DNA of 64,000 bases. Origin: Pseudomonadota bacterium (GTDB taxonomy: Bacteria > Pseudomonadota > Gammaproteobacteria > Burkholderiales > Rhodocyclaceae). The notes under the pieces are model-generated. The model was not told where the DNA came from. It made no database searches and was given only the letters and a program-made list of their open reading frames with translations. Each line of letters begins with the position of its first letter. Within the stretch, counting starts at the first letter, position 1. Position numbers and translations under genes: made by a program. Positions 52,933 to 64,000 of the stretch are shown here, piece after piece. Location: contig QQUN01000013.1 of the NCBI GenBank assembly GCA_008501585.1, forward strand, positions 13,739 to 77,738, given 5' to 3'.

Positions 52933-53712
52933 TCAGGTGCCGTACTTGCGCGCCAGGGTGTCGTGCAGGGTGATGAATTCCTGCGACAGCTTGTGCTTCG
53001 GGTCGAGGTGGATCATCGGCTTGGCCTGCTCGTGCGATTCCTTGATCTTGACCGAGGCCGACAGATAGGGTTCGACGATGGGCAGGCCCTCGTCGATGAG
53101 CTCCTGCACCACCTTGCGCGGCAGGCTGGCGCGGGGCTGGAACTGGTTGACCACGATGCCCTCGATGGCCAGGTCCGGATTGTGGTCGGCGCGGATCTCG
53201 TCGACGTTGGCCAGCAGCGAGTACAGCGCCCGGCGCGAGAAGTCGTCGCAGTCGAAGGGGATCAGGCAGGCGTCGGCGGCGATCATGGCCGAGCGGGTGA
53301 AGAAGTTCAGTGCCGGCGGCGTGTCGATGTAGATCACGTCATAGTCGTCGGCCAGTTCGTCGAGCGCCTCGCGCAGCTTGAAGATCTTGTAGCGCGACTC
53401 GAGCTTGCCCTGCAGCTCTTCCAGCTCCGGGTGCGAGGGCATCACATGCAGGTGCGCGAAGGGGCTGGCGGTGACGAAGTCGTCGAGCGGCTTGGGGTTG
53501 AGCTTGAAATTGAGCGTCTGGTCGAAGAAGTCGGCCAGCGAGTTCTCCAGCGCGTCGGTGGCGTCGCCGAGCAGGTAGCGGGTGGAGTTGCCCTGCGGGT
53601 CGAGGTCGACCACCAGGGTGCGCAGGCCGTTGTGGGCGCTGATGGCCGCCAGGTTGCAGGTGATGGTGGATTTGCCGACACCACCTTTCTGATTAAAGAC
53701 GACGCGTCGCAT
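52933..53712 (-). CDS. ParA/Soj-family P-loop ATPase (orphan, no adjacent parB)
   Basis: Deviant Walker A NQKGGVGKST, LVVDLDPQGNST, Walker B IYIDTPP. Confidence 0.9.
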   Translation of the reverse strand: MRRVVFNQKGGVGKSTITCNLAAISAHNGLRTLVVDLDPQGNSTRYLLGDATDALENSLADFFDQTLNFKLNPKPLDDFVTASPFAHLHVMPSHPELEELQGKLESRYKIFKLREALDELADDYDVIYIDTPPALNFFTRSAMIAADACLIPFDCDDFSRRALYSLLANVDEIRADHNPDLAIEGIVVNQFQPRASLPRKVVQELIDEGLPIVEPYLSASVKIKESHEQAKPMIHLDPKHKLSQEFITLHDTLARKYGT

Positions 53713-54019
53713 GCTGATCGACCTCCCCGGATTCGCGATTCATGAACGTTGCGAGCATTTTGCCAGCTTATGCTGCGTTGCGGGGCGGACAACACGGCGC
53801 CGTCCTTCCGTCCGAGGCATTTTCTGCGGATAATGCGTCGATCTGCCCGGTATGCGTCGTCGACCTCTCCCCGGTCGGCGTCGTATCGCTCCACGGCGCA
53901 GCGCCGGCGCGCGCTGCGCGAAGACAAAACCATACTGTGGAAGTTCGCAATTGGCGGGTGGTACGCCGGCACGTAGGCTGTCGGCGTGTGATCGTTGCAT
54001 ATCTATCGAGGGAGACAGA

Positions 54020-56308
<2,289 letters not shown>

Positions 56309-56334
56309 GCGTTCGGGTTGCAGTGCACGACAAA

Positions 56335-56362
56335 GGGGGCGCCTGCGGGCGCCCCTTTTTTT
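56335..56362 (+). terminator. Rho-independent terminator after maeB
   Basis: GGGGCGCC-tgcg-GGCGCCCC followed by TTTTTTT. Confidence 0.8.
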
Positions 56363-56430
56363 GCCGCGCGGCCAGCACCACAAAAAACGCAGGCGGCTAG
56401 AATGGGCCTCCGACCCCCCCAAGGTGTTGC

Positions 56431-57615
56431 GTGTTCATGTGGATTCGACTGACCCCCCTCGCCGGTGCGCTGGCGATGCTGGCCTTTTCGGCGCCGCTGG
56501 CCGCCGAGCGCCTGTTGTCCGCCGAGCGGACCCATGCCCAGGCGGGCAAGCCCTTCGAGCTGACCGTCATGGCGCCGGTGCCGGCAACGGCCGCGCTGCC
56601 CGAGCGCCTGGAGGCCCGGCTGGGCCTGGGCGACCGCAAGCTCAAGGTGTTGCTGCGCGCGGCGGGTGACGCCGCCGGCGCGGCCCGGCGCTATGTCTTC
56701 GACTGGCCCGAGGAGGCGCTCGGGCTGGCGGTGCTGACCCTCGCCGACGACAGCCCGTCGCGGCTCATGGTGCTGGCCGAGCGCGCCGGCTGGGCCGTGG
56801 GGGAAGACCCGCTGGCGCGTCAGCGCCTGCTGCCCGCCACCGCCGAGACCGCGCCCGCCGCCTCGGCCGAGCCGGCGGTGGCCGATGTGGTGCCGCCCGT
56901 GCCTGCCTTGTCGTTCTACGATCCGATGTATTTCCTCTTCGGCGCCAATGGCGGCGCCTCCGCACGCTTCCAGCTCAGCTTCAAGTACCGCCTGTTTGAC
57001 GACGAAGGGGCGGTGGTCGGCATGCTGCCCTTCCTCGGTGGCCTGCATTTTGGCTACACGCAGACCTCGCTGTGGGACCTGGCCTCCGATTCGGCGCCTT
57101 TCCGCGACACCAGCTACCGGCCGGCCTTGTTTTACCAGTGGGACCTGCCCGCCGAGGCCGGCAGCCGGCACAAGAGCTGGCTGCGTGCCGGTGTCGAGCA
57201 TGAATCGAACGGGCGCGATGGCGAGAAGTCGCGCAGCATCAACATCGCCTTTGCGCAGCTCGACTGGCAGTACCGGCTCGGCGAGGGCAAGAGCCATATC
57301 GGGCTCACGCCCAAGGTGTGGGGCTATCTCGAGAAGTCCGACAACCCGGACATCCACCGCTACCGCGGCTTTGGCGAGCTGGGTCTGCGCTTTGGCCGCG
57401 ACGACGGCTGGCTGGCCAAGCTCATGATCCGCCGTGGCAAGGGCGGGGTCGGCACCTCGCAGGTCGATGTGTCCTACCCGCTGCGACGCAGCATCTTTTC
57501 GTCGGTGGGCGCCTTCGTCCACCTGCAGTACTTCGACGGCGAAGGGGAAACCCTGCTGGACTACCAGCGCGCCGGCCACCCACAATTGCGGATCGGTGTG
57601 TCCATCGTCCGCTAA
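56431..57615 (+). CDS. pldA: Outer-membrane phospholipase A (OMPLA) with N-terminal extension
   Basis: YDPMYFLFG, LHFGYTQTSLWDL, catalytic VEHESNGRDGEKSRSIN (His-Ser...Asn). GTG at 56431 or ATG at 56437. Signal peptide WIRLTPLAGALAMLAFSAPLAA. Confidence 0.8.
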   Translation: MFMWIRLTPLAGALAMLAFSAPLAAERLLSAERTHAQAGKPFELTVMAPVPATAALPERLEARLGLGDRKLKVLLRAAGDAAGAARRYVFDWPEEALGLAVLTLADDSPSRLMVLAERAGWAVGEDPLARQRLLPATAETAPAASAEPAVADVVPPVPALSFYDPMYFLFGANGGASARFQLSFKYRLFDDEGAVVGMLPFLGGLHFGYTQTSLWDLASDSAPFRDTSYRPALFYQWDLPAEAGSRHKSWLRAGVEHESNGRDGEKSRSINIAFAQLDWQYRLGEGKSHIGLTPKVWGYLEKSDNPDIHRYRGFGELGLRFGRDDGWLAKLMIRRGKGGVGTSQVDVSYPLRRSIFSSVGAFVHLQYFDGEGETLLDYQRAGHPQLRIGVSIVR

Positions 57616-57631
57616 TGCCAGGAGAGTCCAC

Positions 57632-58609
57632 ATGAACCATGCCATCCGCTTTCACGAAACCGGCGGCCCGGAAGTCTTGCGCTGGGAGACTGTCGATGTC
57701 CCGCCGCCGGCGGCCGGCGAAGTCACCCTGCGCCACCACGCCGTCGGCCTGAACTACATCGACACCTATCACCGCAGCGGCCTGTATCCGGTGCCGCTGC
57801 CCTCGGGCATCGGGCTCGAAGCGGCCGGCGAAGTCACCGCGCTGGGCGAGGGGGTGACGGACGTCCGGGTGGGCGATCGCGTGGCCTATGCCGGCGGCCC
57901 GATCGGCGCCTATGCGCAACACCGCAACATGCCGGCCGACCGGCTGGTGAAGCTGCCCGAGGGCATTTCCTACGAGCAGGGCGCGGCGATGATGCTGCAA
58001 GGCCTGACCGCGCAATACCTGCTCCGCCGCACCTACCGCGTCCAGGCCGGTGACACCGTGCTGATCCACGCCGCGGCCGGCGGGGTCGGCCTGATCGCCT
58101 GCCAGTGGGCCAAGGCGCTGGGCGCGACGGTGATCGGCACCGTCGGTTCGGACGAAAAGGCCGCACTGGCCCGCGCCCATGGCTGCGATCACACGATTCT
58201 CTACACCCGCGAGAAATTCGCCGACCGCGTGCGCGAGATCACCGGCGGCAAGGGCGTGCCGGTGGTGTACGACTCCATTGGCAAGGACACCTTCATGGAT
58301 TCGCTCAGCTGCCTGCAGCCGCGCGGCATGATGGTCACCTACGGCAATGCCACCGGGCCGGTCGCCCCCTTCGACCTGGGCCTGCTGGCCAAGATGGGCT
58401 CGCTGTTCGTGACCCGGCCGACGCTGTTTGGCTACACCGCCGAGCGTGCCGACCTGGTGGCGATGGCGGCCGAGCTGTTCGACGTCGTTGGCAGCGGCAA
58501 GGTCAAGATCGAGATTCGCCAGCGCTACGCCCTGGCCGACGCCGCCCAGGCCCACCGCGACCTCGAAGCACGCAAGACCACCGGGTCGACCGTGCTGGAC
58601 CCGGCGTGA
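57632..58609 (+). CDS. qor: NADPH:quinone oxidoreductase (zeta-crystallin/MDR family)
   Basis: MNHAIRFHETGGPEVLRWE...VGLNYIDTYHRSGLYP...IHAAAGGVGL... GGAGA RBS before the ATG at 57632. Confidence 0.9.
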   Translation: MNHAIRFHETGGPEVLRWETVDVPPPAAGEVTLRHHAVGLNYIDTYHRSGLYPVPLPSGIGLEAAGEVTALGEGVTDVRVGDRVAYAGGPIGAYAQHRNMPADRLVKLPEGISYEQGAAMMLQGLTAQYLLRRTYRVQAGDTVLIHAAAGGVGLIACQWAKALGATVIGTVGSDEKAALARAHGCDHTILYTREKFADRVREITGGKGVPVVYDSIGKDTFMDSLSCLQPRGMMVTYGNATGPVAPFDLGLLAKMGSLFVTRPTLFGYTAERADLVAMAAELFDVVGSGKVKIEIRQRYALADAAQAHRDLEARKTTGSTVLDPA

Positions 58610-58965
58610 TGGTGCGCTGGCCGTATCTCGCGCTGACCGTCTGGATGGTGCTTAGCGCCCCCGTTCAGGCCGCCGAGCCCATGCCCAGCCCGGCCGGTGC
58701 GGCCCACCTGAAGGCTGAGCGGGGGCGTATCGAGCGGGTGTTTGTCGACGAGGTCGCCGGCATTGCCGGTGCCACCCCGGCGCAGGTGCGGCGCGGCATG
58801 CCGGATGGCCCGCGCATCACCGATACCGGTCGTAGGGTCATTGAAAGCCTCGAGCATCAAACTGGTCGTCCGCTGAGCAGCGACCAGCGTGCCGCCATCG
58901 AGGCGGCCGATGCGCGGCGCGAGGCGGCCCTGGCCCGCGCCCGGGCCGACGCGGCCCGGCGCTGA
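58609..58965 (+). CDS. Hypothetical secreted protein (118 aa)
   Basis: The ATG at 58609 overlaps the qor stop (GTGATGG). Signal-like MVRWPYLALTVWMVLSAPVQAA. In frame with track ORF 58105..58965. Confidence 0.5.
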   Translation: MVRWPYLALTVWMVLSAPVQAAEPMPSPAGAAHLKAERGRIERVFVDEVAGIAGATPAQVRRGMPDGPRITDTGRRVIESLEHQTGRPLSSDQRAAIEAADARREAALARARADAARR

Positions 58966-58994
58966 GCCACCCACAATAACAAGGACCTTCCCCC

Positions 58995-59486
58995 ATGGAT
59001 CTGCCTGCCCACCAACTGACCATGACGGTGCTGATGACGCCCGAGATGGCCAACTTCTCCGGCAAGGTGCACGGCGGCGCCGTGCTGCGCCTGCTCGACC
59101 AGGTAGCCTATGCCTGTGCCAGCCGCTATGCGGCGCGCTACGTGGTCACGCTGTCCGTCGACCAGGTGATGTTCCGCGAGCCGATCAGCGTCGGCGAGAT
59201 GGTCACCTTCCTGGCCAGCGTGAACTACACCGGCAAGTCGTCGATGGAGATCGGCATCAAGGTCGTGGCCGAGAACATCCGCACCCAGGAAGTGCGCCAC
59301 GCCAACAGCTGCTTCTTCACCATGGTGGCCGTCGACGATGAGGGCAAGCCGGTGGCCGTGCCGCCGCTGCGCCCCTTCAGCCCCAAGGAGAAGCGCCGCT
59401 TCGAGGCCGCGGAGGCGCGCAAGGCCTTGCGCCTGGAGCTGGAAAAGCGCTTTGCCGAAACACACGGGCAGGAGCACGCGCGCTGA
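58995..59486 (+). CDS. Acyl-CoA thioesterase (hotdog fold, YciA-like)
   Basis: LMTPEMANFSGKVHGGAVLRLLDQVAYACASRY...VTLSVDQVMFREPISVGE... Confidence 0.85.
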   Translation: MDLPAHQLTMTVLMTPEMANFSGKVHGGAVLRLLDQVAYACASRYAARYVVTLSVDQVMFREPISVGEMVTFLASVNYTGKSSMEIGIKVVAENIRTQEVRHANSCFFTMVAVDDEGKPVAVPPLRPFSPKEKRRFEAAEARKALRLELEKRFAETHGQEHAR

Positions 59487-59546
59487 ACACGCCGCCAGCG
59501 TGTTGCGGCGCAGCGCGGGCCGAGCCGGCTGGTGTATAAGTAGGCC

Positions 59547-60656
59547 ATGCCCGCTTCACGCCTGCCCACGCCCGAGGAATTCGCCGATGCGCTGTTTGCG
59601 CGGGTGCCGATCATCTGGGCGACGGTCGGGCTGGTCGCGGCCAATGCCCTGATCTTTGTCGCGCTGGTCTGGCAGGCGGGGGATCTGTGGCATGTGTCCG
59701 GCGCCGTGCTGACCGACTGGGGCGGCAACTATGCCGTGCAGACCCACGGCGGGCAGCCGTGGCGATTGATCAGCGGCATCTTCCTGCACGGCGGCCTGTT
59801 GCATGTGGGGCTCAACATGCTGGCCCTGTACCAGGGCGGTCAGCTGGCCGAGCGGGTGTTCACCTCCCGGCGCTTCTTGCTGATCTACCTGGCCTGCGGG
59901 CTCATCGCCAGCGTGGCCAGTGTGTGGTGGCGTCCCAGTGGCCTGAGCATTGGCGCCTCCGGCGCGGTGTTTGGCGTGTTCGGCGCGCTGCTCGGCTATG
60001 TGCTGGTCTGCTTCCACGCCATTCCGCGTGAAACGGCGCGCCGCCTGCGGCGTGGCCTGCTGATCTTCATCGGCTATTCGCTGGCGGCCGGGCTGCTGAT
60101 CCCCGGCATCGACAATGCGGCGCATGTCGGCGGCCTGCTGACCGGCATCGTGCTCGGCGCGGCGCTGGCGCCCGGCCGTCGGTGGGGCGGGCGCTGGCGC
60201 GGTGCGCTGGGTGCCGCGCTGGTGGCGCTGGCTGGCGCGGCCCTGTGGCTGGACGTGTCGCCGGCACCACGGCCGGTGGCCGGCGTCGGTGGTTTGCCCG
60301 AGTCCCTGCAGCGGCAGCTGGCCGAAACCGAGTACCGGCTGGTGACGCGGCAGCACTGGGTGGTCGATGCGCTGCGCAGCGGCCAGATGAGCACCCGCGA
60401 CGGCCTGCGGGTGATCGAGACCGAACTGATGCCGGGCTGGGCGGCGCTGGCCGACAGCTTTGACGCGGCGCCGGCCAGCGCCTGGCAGGCCGCGGTGTTC
60501 GCGCGCTATGCCCGCCAGCGGCGCGAGGCGCTGCAGGCGCTGAGCATGGGCATGGAGACGGGCGATCGGCGCTGGCTGGCGCTGTCGAATGCCCTGCAGG
60601 CTTCGGCCGAGGCCATGATCCGCGAGGCGGTGCGGGTCGATGCTGTACCCCAATAA
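59547..60656 (+). CDS. Rhomboid-family intramembrane serine protease with C-terminal soluble extension
   Basis: WRLISGIFLHGGLLHVGLNM, catalytic GASGAVFGVFGA and AHVGGLLTG. About 130 aa after the last TM. Confidence 0.8.
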   Translation: MPASRLPTPEEFADALFARVPIIWATVGLVAANALIFVALVWQAGDLWHVSGAVLTDWGGNYAVQTHGGQPWRLISGIFLHGGLLHVGLNMLALYQGGQLAERVFTSRRFLLIYLACGLIASVASVWWRPSGLSIGASGAVFGVFGALLGYVLVCFHAIPRETARRLRRGLLIFIGYSLAAGLLIPGIDNAAHVGGLLTGIVLGAALAPGRRWGGRWRGALGAALVALAGAALWLDVSPAPRPVAGVGGLPESLQRQLAETEYRLVTRQHWVVDALRSGQMSTRDGLRVIETELMPGWAALADSFDAAPASAWQAAVFARYARQRREALQALSMGMETGDRRWLALSNALQASAEAMIREAVRVDAVPQ

Positions 60657-60698
60657 AAACACACGTGCCCGCTCCGCCGGGCCCCCGATGAGAGAACG

Positions 60699-61649
60699 AT
60701 GACCGAACTGCTCGACGCCCTGGCGTTTTCCTTTTCCGTGACGGGGCCGATCTTCGTCGTGCTGGCGCTCGGCGTCGGCCTGATGCGGGTCGGCCTGCTC
60801 AACGACAACTTCGTCGATACCGGTGCCCGGCTGGTGTTCAACATTGCCCTGCCGGCGCTGCTGTTCATCAGCATCAGCAAGACCCATTTCGACGCGGCGG
60901 CCAACTTTGAGCTGATCCTGTTCGGTCTGGTGGGCACCGGCCTGCTGTTCGTCGTGCTGGAGTGGGCGGCGCGGCGCTGGGTGCCGGTGGCGACCGACCG
61001 CGGGGTCTTCGTGCAGGGCTGCTTCCGGTCCAACATGGGCATCATCGGCCTGGCCTACTGCGTGAATGCCTATGGCGAAGCGGGGCTGGTGGCCGCATCG
61101 CTGTACCTGGGCATCGTCACCATCTTCTTCAACGTGCTGGCGGTGATCACCCTGAGCCGGTCGCTGGGGACGCACCGCAGCCTGGGGCAGCTGCTCAAGG
61201 GCATTGTCCGCAATCCGCTGATCATCGGCATCGTGCTGGCGCTGCCGGTGTCCTGGGCGGGCATCGAGCTGCCGGCGCTGGTGCGCCAGTCGGGCGAGTA
61301 CTTTGCCAACCTGACCCTGCCGCTGGCCTTGCTGTGCACCGGCGCGGCGCTGGACTTCGGCCAGCTGCGGCGCGACCTGCGCACCACCTTGCTGGCCGGC
61401 GGCATCAAGCTGATGGTGGTGCCGCTGCTGTTCGTGCTCGGCGGCCTGCTGGCCGGCTTTGGCGGCATCGACCTCGGCGTGCTGATGCTTATGTCCGGCG
61501 CGCCGACCGCCGCGGCCAGCTATGTGATGGTGCGCGCCATGGGCGGCAACGCGGTGCTGGCGGCCAACATCATCGCGCTGACCACGCTGGGTTCGATCCT
61601 CACCACCAGCCTGGGGGTGATGGTGCTGCGCGCGGCCGGCCTGATGTAA
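60699..61649 (+). CDS. AEC (auxin efflux carrier) family transporter
   Basis: 316 aa, ~10 TM. N-terminus MTELLDALAFSFSVTGPIFVVLALG and overall layout typical of the AEC family. Confidence 0.85.
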   Translation: MTELLDALAFSFSVTGPIFVVLALGVGLMRVGLLNDNFVDTGARLVFNIALPALLFISISKTHFDAAANFELILFGLVGTGLLFVVLEWAARRWVPVATDRGVFVQGCFRSNMGIIGLAYCVNAYGEAGLVAASLYLGIVTIFFNVLAVITLSRSLGTHRSLGQLLKGIVRNPLIIGIVLALPVSWAGIELPALVRQSGEYFANLTLPLALLCTGAALDFGQLRRDLRTTLLAGGIKLMVVPLLFVLGGLLAGFGGIDLGVLMLMSGAPTAAASYVMVRAMGGNAVLAANIIALTTLGSILTTSLGVMVLRAAGLM

Positions 61650-61661
61650 GGCCGGACGCGC

Positions 61662-64000
61662 TTACGACGGGCGGCCGCGCGCGGTGGCGACGATCAGCGC
61701 GTCGACATCGGCCACGGCCAGCGGCCGCGAGAACAGGTAGCCCTGCGCCTCGGTACAGCCGCGCGCGAGCAGGAACTGCTGCTGGGCCGGGGTCTCGACG
61801 CCTTCGGCGATCAGTTCCAGCCCGAGGCTGCCGGCCATGGCGATGATGGCCTCGGTGATGGCGGCATCGTTGCCGTCGCCGGGCAGGTCCTGCACGAAGG
61901 AGCGGTCGATCTTGATGCGGTCGATGGGCAGGTGCTTGAGCCGCGACAGCGAGGAGAAGCCGGTGCCGAAGTCATCGATCGAGATGCGCACCCCGAGTGC
62001 CTTGAGGCGGCCGAGCAGCTGGCGGCTGTGGTCGACCGCCTGCAGCGTGCTCTCGGTGATTTCCAGCTCCAGCTGTGCGGCCGGAAAGCCGGTGATGGCC
62101 AGCGCATCGCTGACGGTCACGTCGAAGTCGCCGGCGCTCATCTGGCGGGCCGAGACATTCACCGCCAGGCGCAGGTCGGTGAAGCCCTTGCGGATCCAGG
62201 CCAGCGCCTGGGTGCAGGCGGTATGCAGCACCCAGCTGCCGATGTAGTCGATCAGGCCGCACTCTTCGGCCACCGGAATGAAGCGCTCCGGCCCGATCCG
62301 GCCGTGCGTGGGCTCGTCCCAGCGGATCAGCGCCTCGAAACCGACCAGTTGCCCGTCGCCCAGGCGAACCACCGGCTGGTAGTGCAGCAGCAGCTGGTCG
62401 TTGGCGATGGCGCGCAGCAGTCCCTGCTCGATCTGCAGCCGCTCCATGGCCCGCTCGGCCATGTCGGAGGAGTAGAAGGCGAAGCGGTTGCGGCCACGCT
62501 CCTTGGCGCCGTACATGGCGCTGTCGGCGGCCTGGACCAGGCCGGTGAAGTCGCCGGCATTGTCGGGGTAGACGGCAATGCCGATGCTGGCCGAAATGCT
62601 GAGGCGTTCGCGATCGAGTTCGATGGCGGTACGGATCTCGCACAGCAGCTTGTCGGCCAGGCTGGCGCAGTCTTCGAAACGGGCGACGTCGGGCACCACC
62701 ACGAGGAATTCATCGCCACCCAGGCGGATGGCGGTGTCGGTGCGTCGCAGCACGCGGCTGATACGGCGTGCCACCTCGCTCAGCAGCTGGTCGCCGGTGG
62801 CGTGGCCCATGGTGTCGTTGATCAGCTTGAAACCGTCGAGATCGATGAACAGCACCGCAACCCGGCTGCCGCTCTGGTCGGCGCGCTCGATCTCCTTCTC
62901 GATGGTGTCCTCGAGCATGTTGCGGTTGCCCAGGCCGGTCAGCGTGTCGTGAAAGGCCAGGTGGTTGATTTGCGCCTCGGCGCGGCGCAGGGCGCCGGTG
63001 TCCGAGATGGCCAGCACGTAGTTGCCGATCTGCCCCTGGGCGTCGCGCACCACGCACAGGTGCTGCCAGGTGGCGAGCATGCTGCCGTCCTTGCAAATGC
63101 AGGCCACCTCGCCGCTCCAGTAGTCCTTGTCGTCCTGGCCCAGCTTGCCCTGCAGGTTGTCGTCGTGACGCCGGGCATAGAGGAAGTGGTCGGGTGACTG
63201 CCCCAGCACCTCATGCTCGGCAAAGCCGGTCAGGGTGACGAAGGCCGGGTTGACCGACATGATTCGGCACTGGCTGTCGAGAATGGCCATGCCCTCGCCG
63301 GTGCTGGTGAACACCACCGCGGCGCGGCGCAGGCGCTCTTCCTGCTCGCGCTGGGCGGTGACGTCGCGGATGACGCCGATGGCGCGGTCGAGGTCGCCAT
63401 CGGGCCGCGCAAAGGCGCGGGCATGGAAGTCCACCCAGCCGTTGCGGCCGGAGTCCGGGTGGGTGCGCAGCTTGACGGTGGTGCGGATCGCTTCGCCGCG
63501 GGTGAGGGCGTCGGCAATGGCCGGCCGGTGCGCCGGCTCGATCCGCGACAGGAAGCTGCCGTCGGTGCCGTCGAGCGATTGCGGCACGGCGCCGACGATC
63601 GATTCGAACTGCCCTTCGCCGACGAAGCGGCCGGCGGCGGCGTCCCATTCCCACACGCCCAGGCCGGCGACATCCACCGCCAGGCGCAGGCGCTCCTCGC
63701 CCTTTTCGACATCCAGCTCGGCGCGCCGCCGCGCCAGCGCCATGCGCACCGTGGCCTGCAGCGCCCGGGTCTCGACCGGCTTGACCAGATAGCCGTAGGG
63801 GCTGCTTTGCTCGGCCTGGTCGAGCATGGACTGGCCGGCAAAGGCGGTCAGGAAGAGCACCGGGATGTTGTGCTGTTGCAGGATGCGGGCGGCCTGCGTG
63901 CCATCCATCGGGCCGTCGAGGTGAATGTCCATCAGCACCAGGTCGGGCTTGAGCTGTGGGCCCTCGGCGACGGCCTGCTCGCCGCTGGAGACGACGGTGA
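61662..64000 (-). CDS. Response regulator REC-PAS-PAS-GGDEF-EAL (5' end beyond right edge)
   Basis: Reading past the ORF-track start gives ...KPDLVLMDIHLDGPMDG (REC phospho-site), so the gene continues beyond 64000. Intact IRLGGDEFLVV. Intact EAL (GFEALIRWDEP, DDFGTGFSSLSRLK, AEGVET). Confidence 0.9.
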   Translation of the reverse strand, partial: TVVSSGEQAVAEGPQLKPDLVLMDIHLDGPMDGTQAARILQQHNIPVLFLTAFAGQSMLDQAEQSSPYGYLVKPVETRALQATVRMALARRRAELDVEKGEERLRLAVDVAGLGVWEWDAAAGRFVGEGQFESIVGAVPQSLDGTDGSFLSRIEPAHRPAIADALTRGEAIRTTVKLRTHPDSGRNGWVDFHARAFARPDGDLDRAIGVIRDVTAQREQEERLRRAAVVFTSTGEGMAILDSQCRIMSVNPAFVTLTGFAEHEVLGQSPDHFLYARRHDDNLQGKLGQDDKDYWSGEVACICKDGSMLATWQHLCVVRDAQGQIGNYVLAISDTGALRRAEAQINHLAFHDTLTGLGNRNMLEDTIEKEIERADQSGSRVAVLFIDLDGFKLINDTMGHATGDQLLSEVARRISRVLRRTDTAIRLGGDEFLVVVPDVARFEDCASLADKLLCEIRTAIELDRERLSISASIGIAVYPDNAGDFTGLVQAADSAMYGAKERGRNRFAFYSSDMAERAMERLQIEQGLLRAIANDQLLLHYQPVVRLGDGQLVGFEALIRWDEPTHGRIGPERFIPVAEECGLIDYIGSWVLHTACTQALAWIRKGFTDLRLAVNVSARQMSAGDFDVTVSDALAITGFPAAQLELEITESTLQAVDHSRQLLGRLKALGVRISIDDFGTGFSSLSRLKHLPIDRIKIDRSFVQDLPGDGNDAAITEAIIAMAGSLGLELIAEGVETPAQQQFLLARGCTEAQGYLFSRPLAVADVDALIVATARGRPS

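Noticed and set aside
53825-53833. DnaA-box-like TGCGGATAA in the parA-maeB gap (origin-like element?)
   Set aside because: It is a single 8/9 match with no cluster of boxes, no AT-rich unwinding element and no dnaA/dnaN/gidA context. Most likely chance.

Overview
High-GC (not computed, by eye roughly two-thirds G+C) chromosomal segment of a Gram-negative bacterium. Gene content and order suggest a betaproteobacterium, possibly Rhodocyclales-like, but that is a low-confidence guess. I see no rRNA, CRISPR array, transposase, prophage or recognisable defence island. Most of the window is densely packed core genome: glnS; hrpA; gloA; the macromolecular-synthesis cluster tsaD<>rpsU-yqeY-dnaG-rpoD followed by a CAU-anticodon tRNA; plsY; folB; an H-NS-like gene; ogt-xerD-ybaK; proA; leuS-lptE-holA; uvrD; maeB; pldA; qor. 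Housekeeping genes are interleaved with an unusually heavy load of two-component and c-di-GMP signalling genes: three GGDEF-EAL proteins, one REC-HD-GYP protein, two hybrid histidine kinases, a YfiR-family protein and a tandem-REC protein. The best candidate for undescribed biology is a tightly packed five-gene operon at 6461-15986. It encodes two paralogous TonB-dependent receptors, a YfiR-like periplasmic protein, a hybrid sensor kinase, and a REC-PAS-(degenerate GGDEF)-EAL regulator. It reads like a YfiBNR-type periplasmic switch rewired to an outer-membrane transporter and a phosphorelay. A second operon (24753-31723) is RpfC/RpfG-like, with no signal synthase visible in the window. Smaller oddities:
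- an apparent frameshift separating the membrane anchor from the body of an efflux adaptor protein;
- an HPD-less J-like membrane protein;
- an orphan ParA;
- a pseudo-receiver/receiver tandem protein;
- an OMPLA with a long N-terminal extension;
- a 12-nt tandem repeat inside rpoD.
Many long ORFs in the track are antisense or alternative-frame artefacts of the high GC content and were rejected. Gene starts were re-picked by reading the sequence and are less certain than stops.
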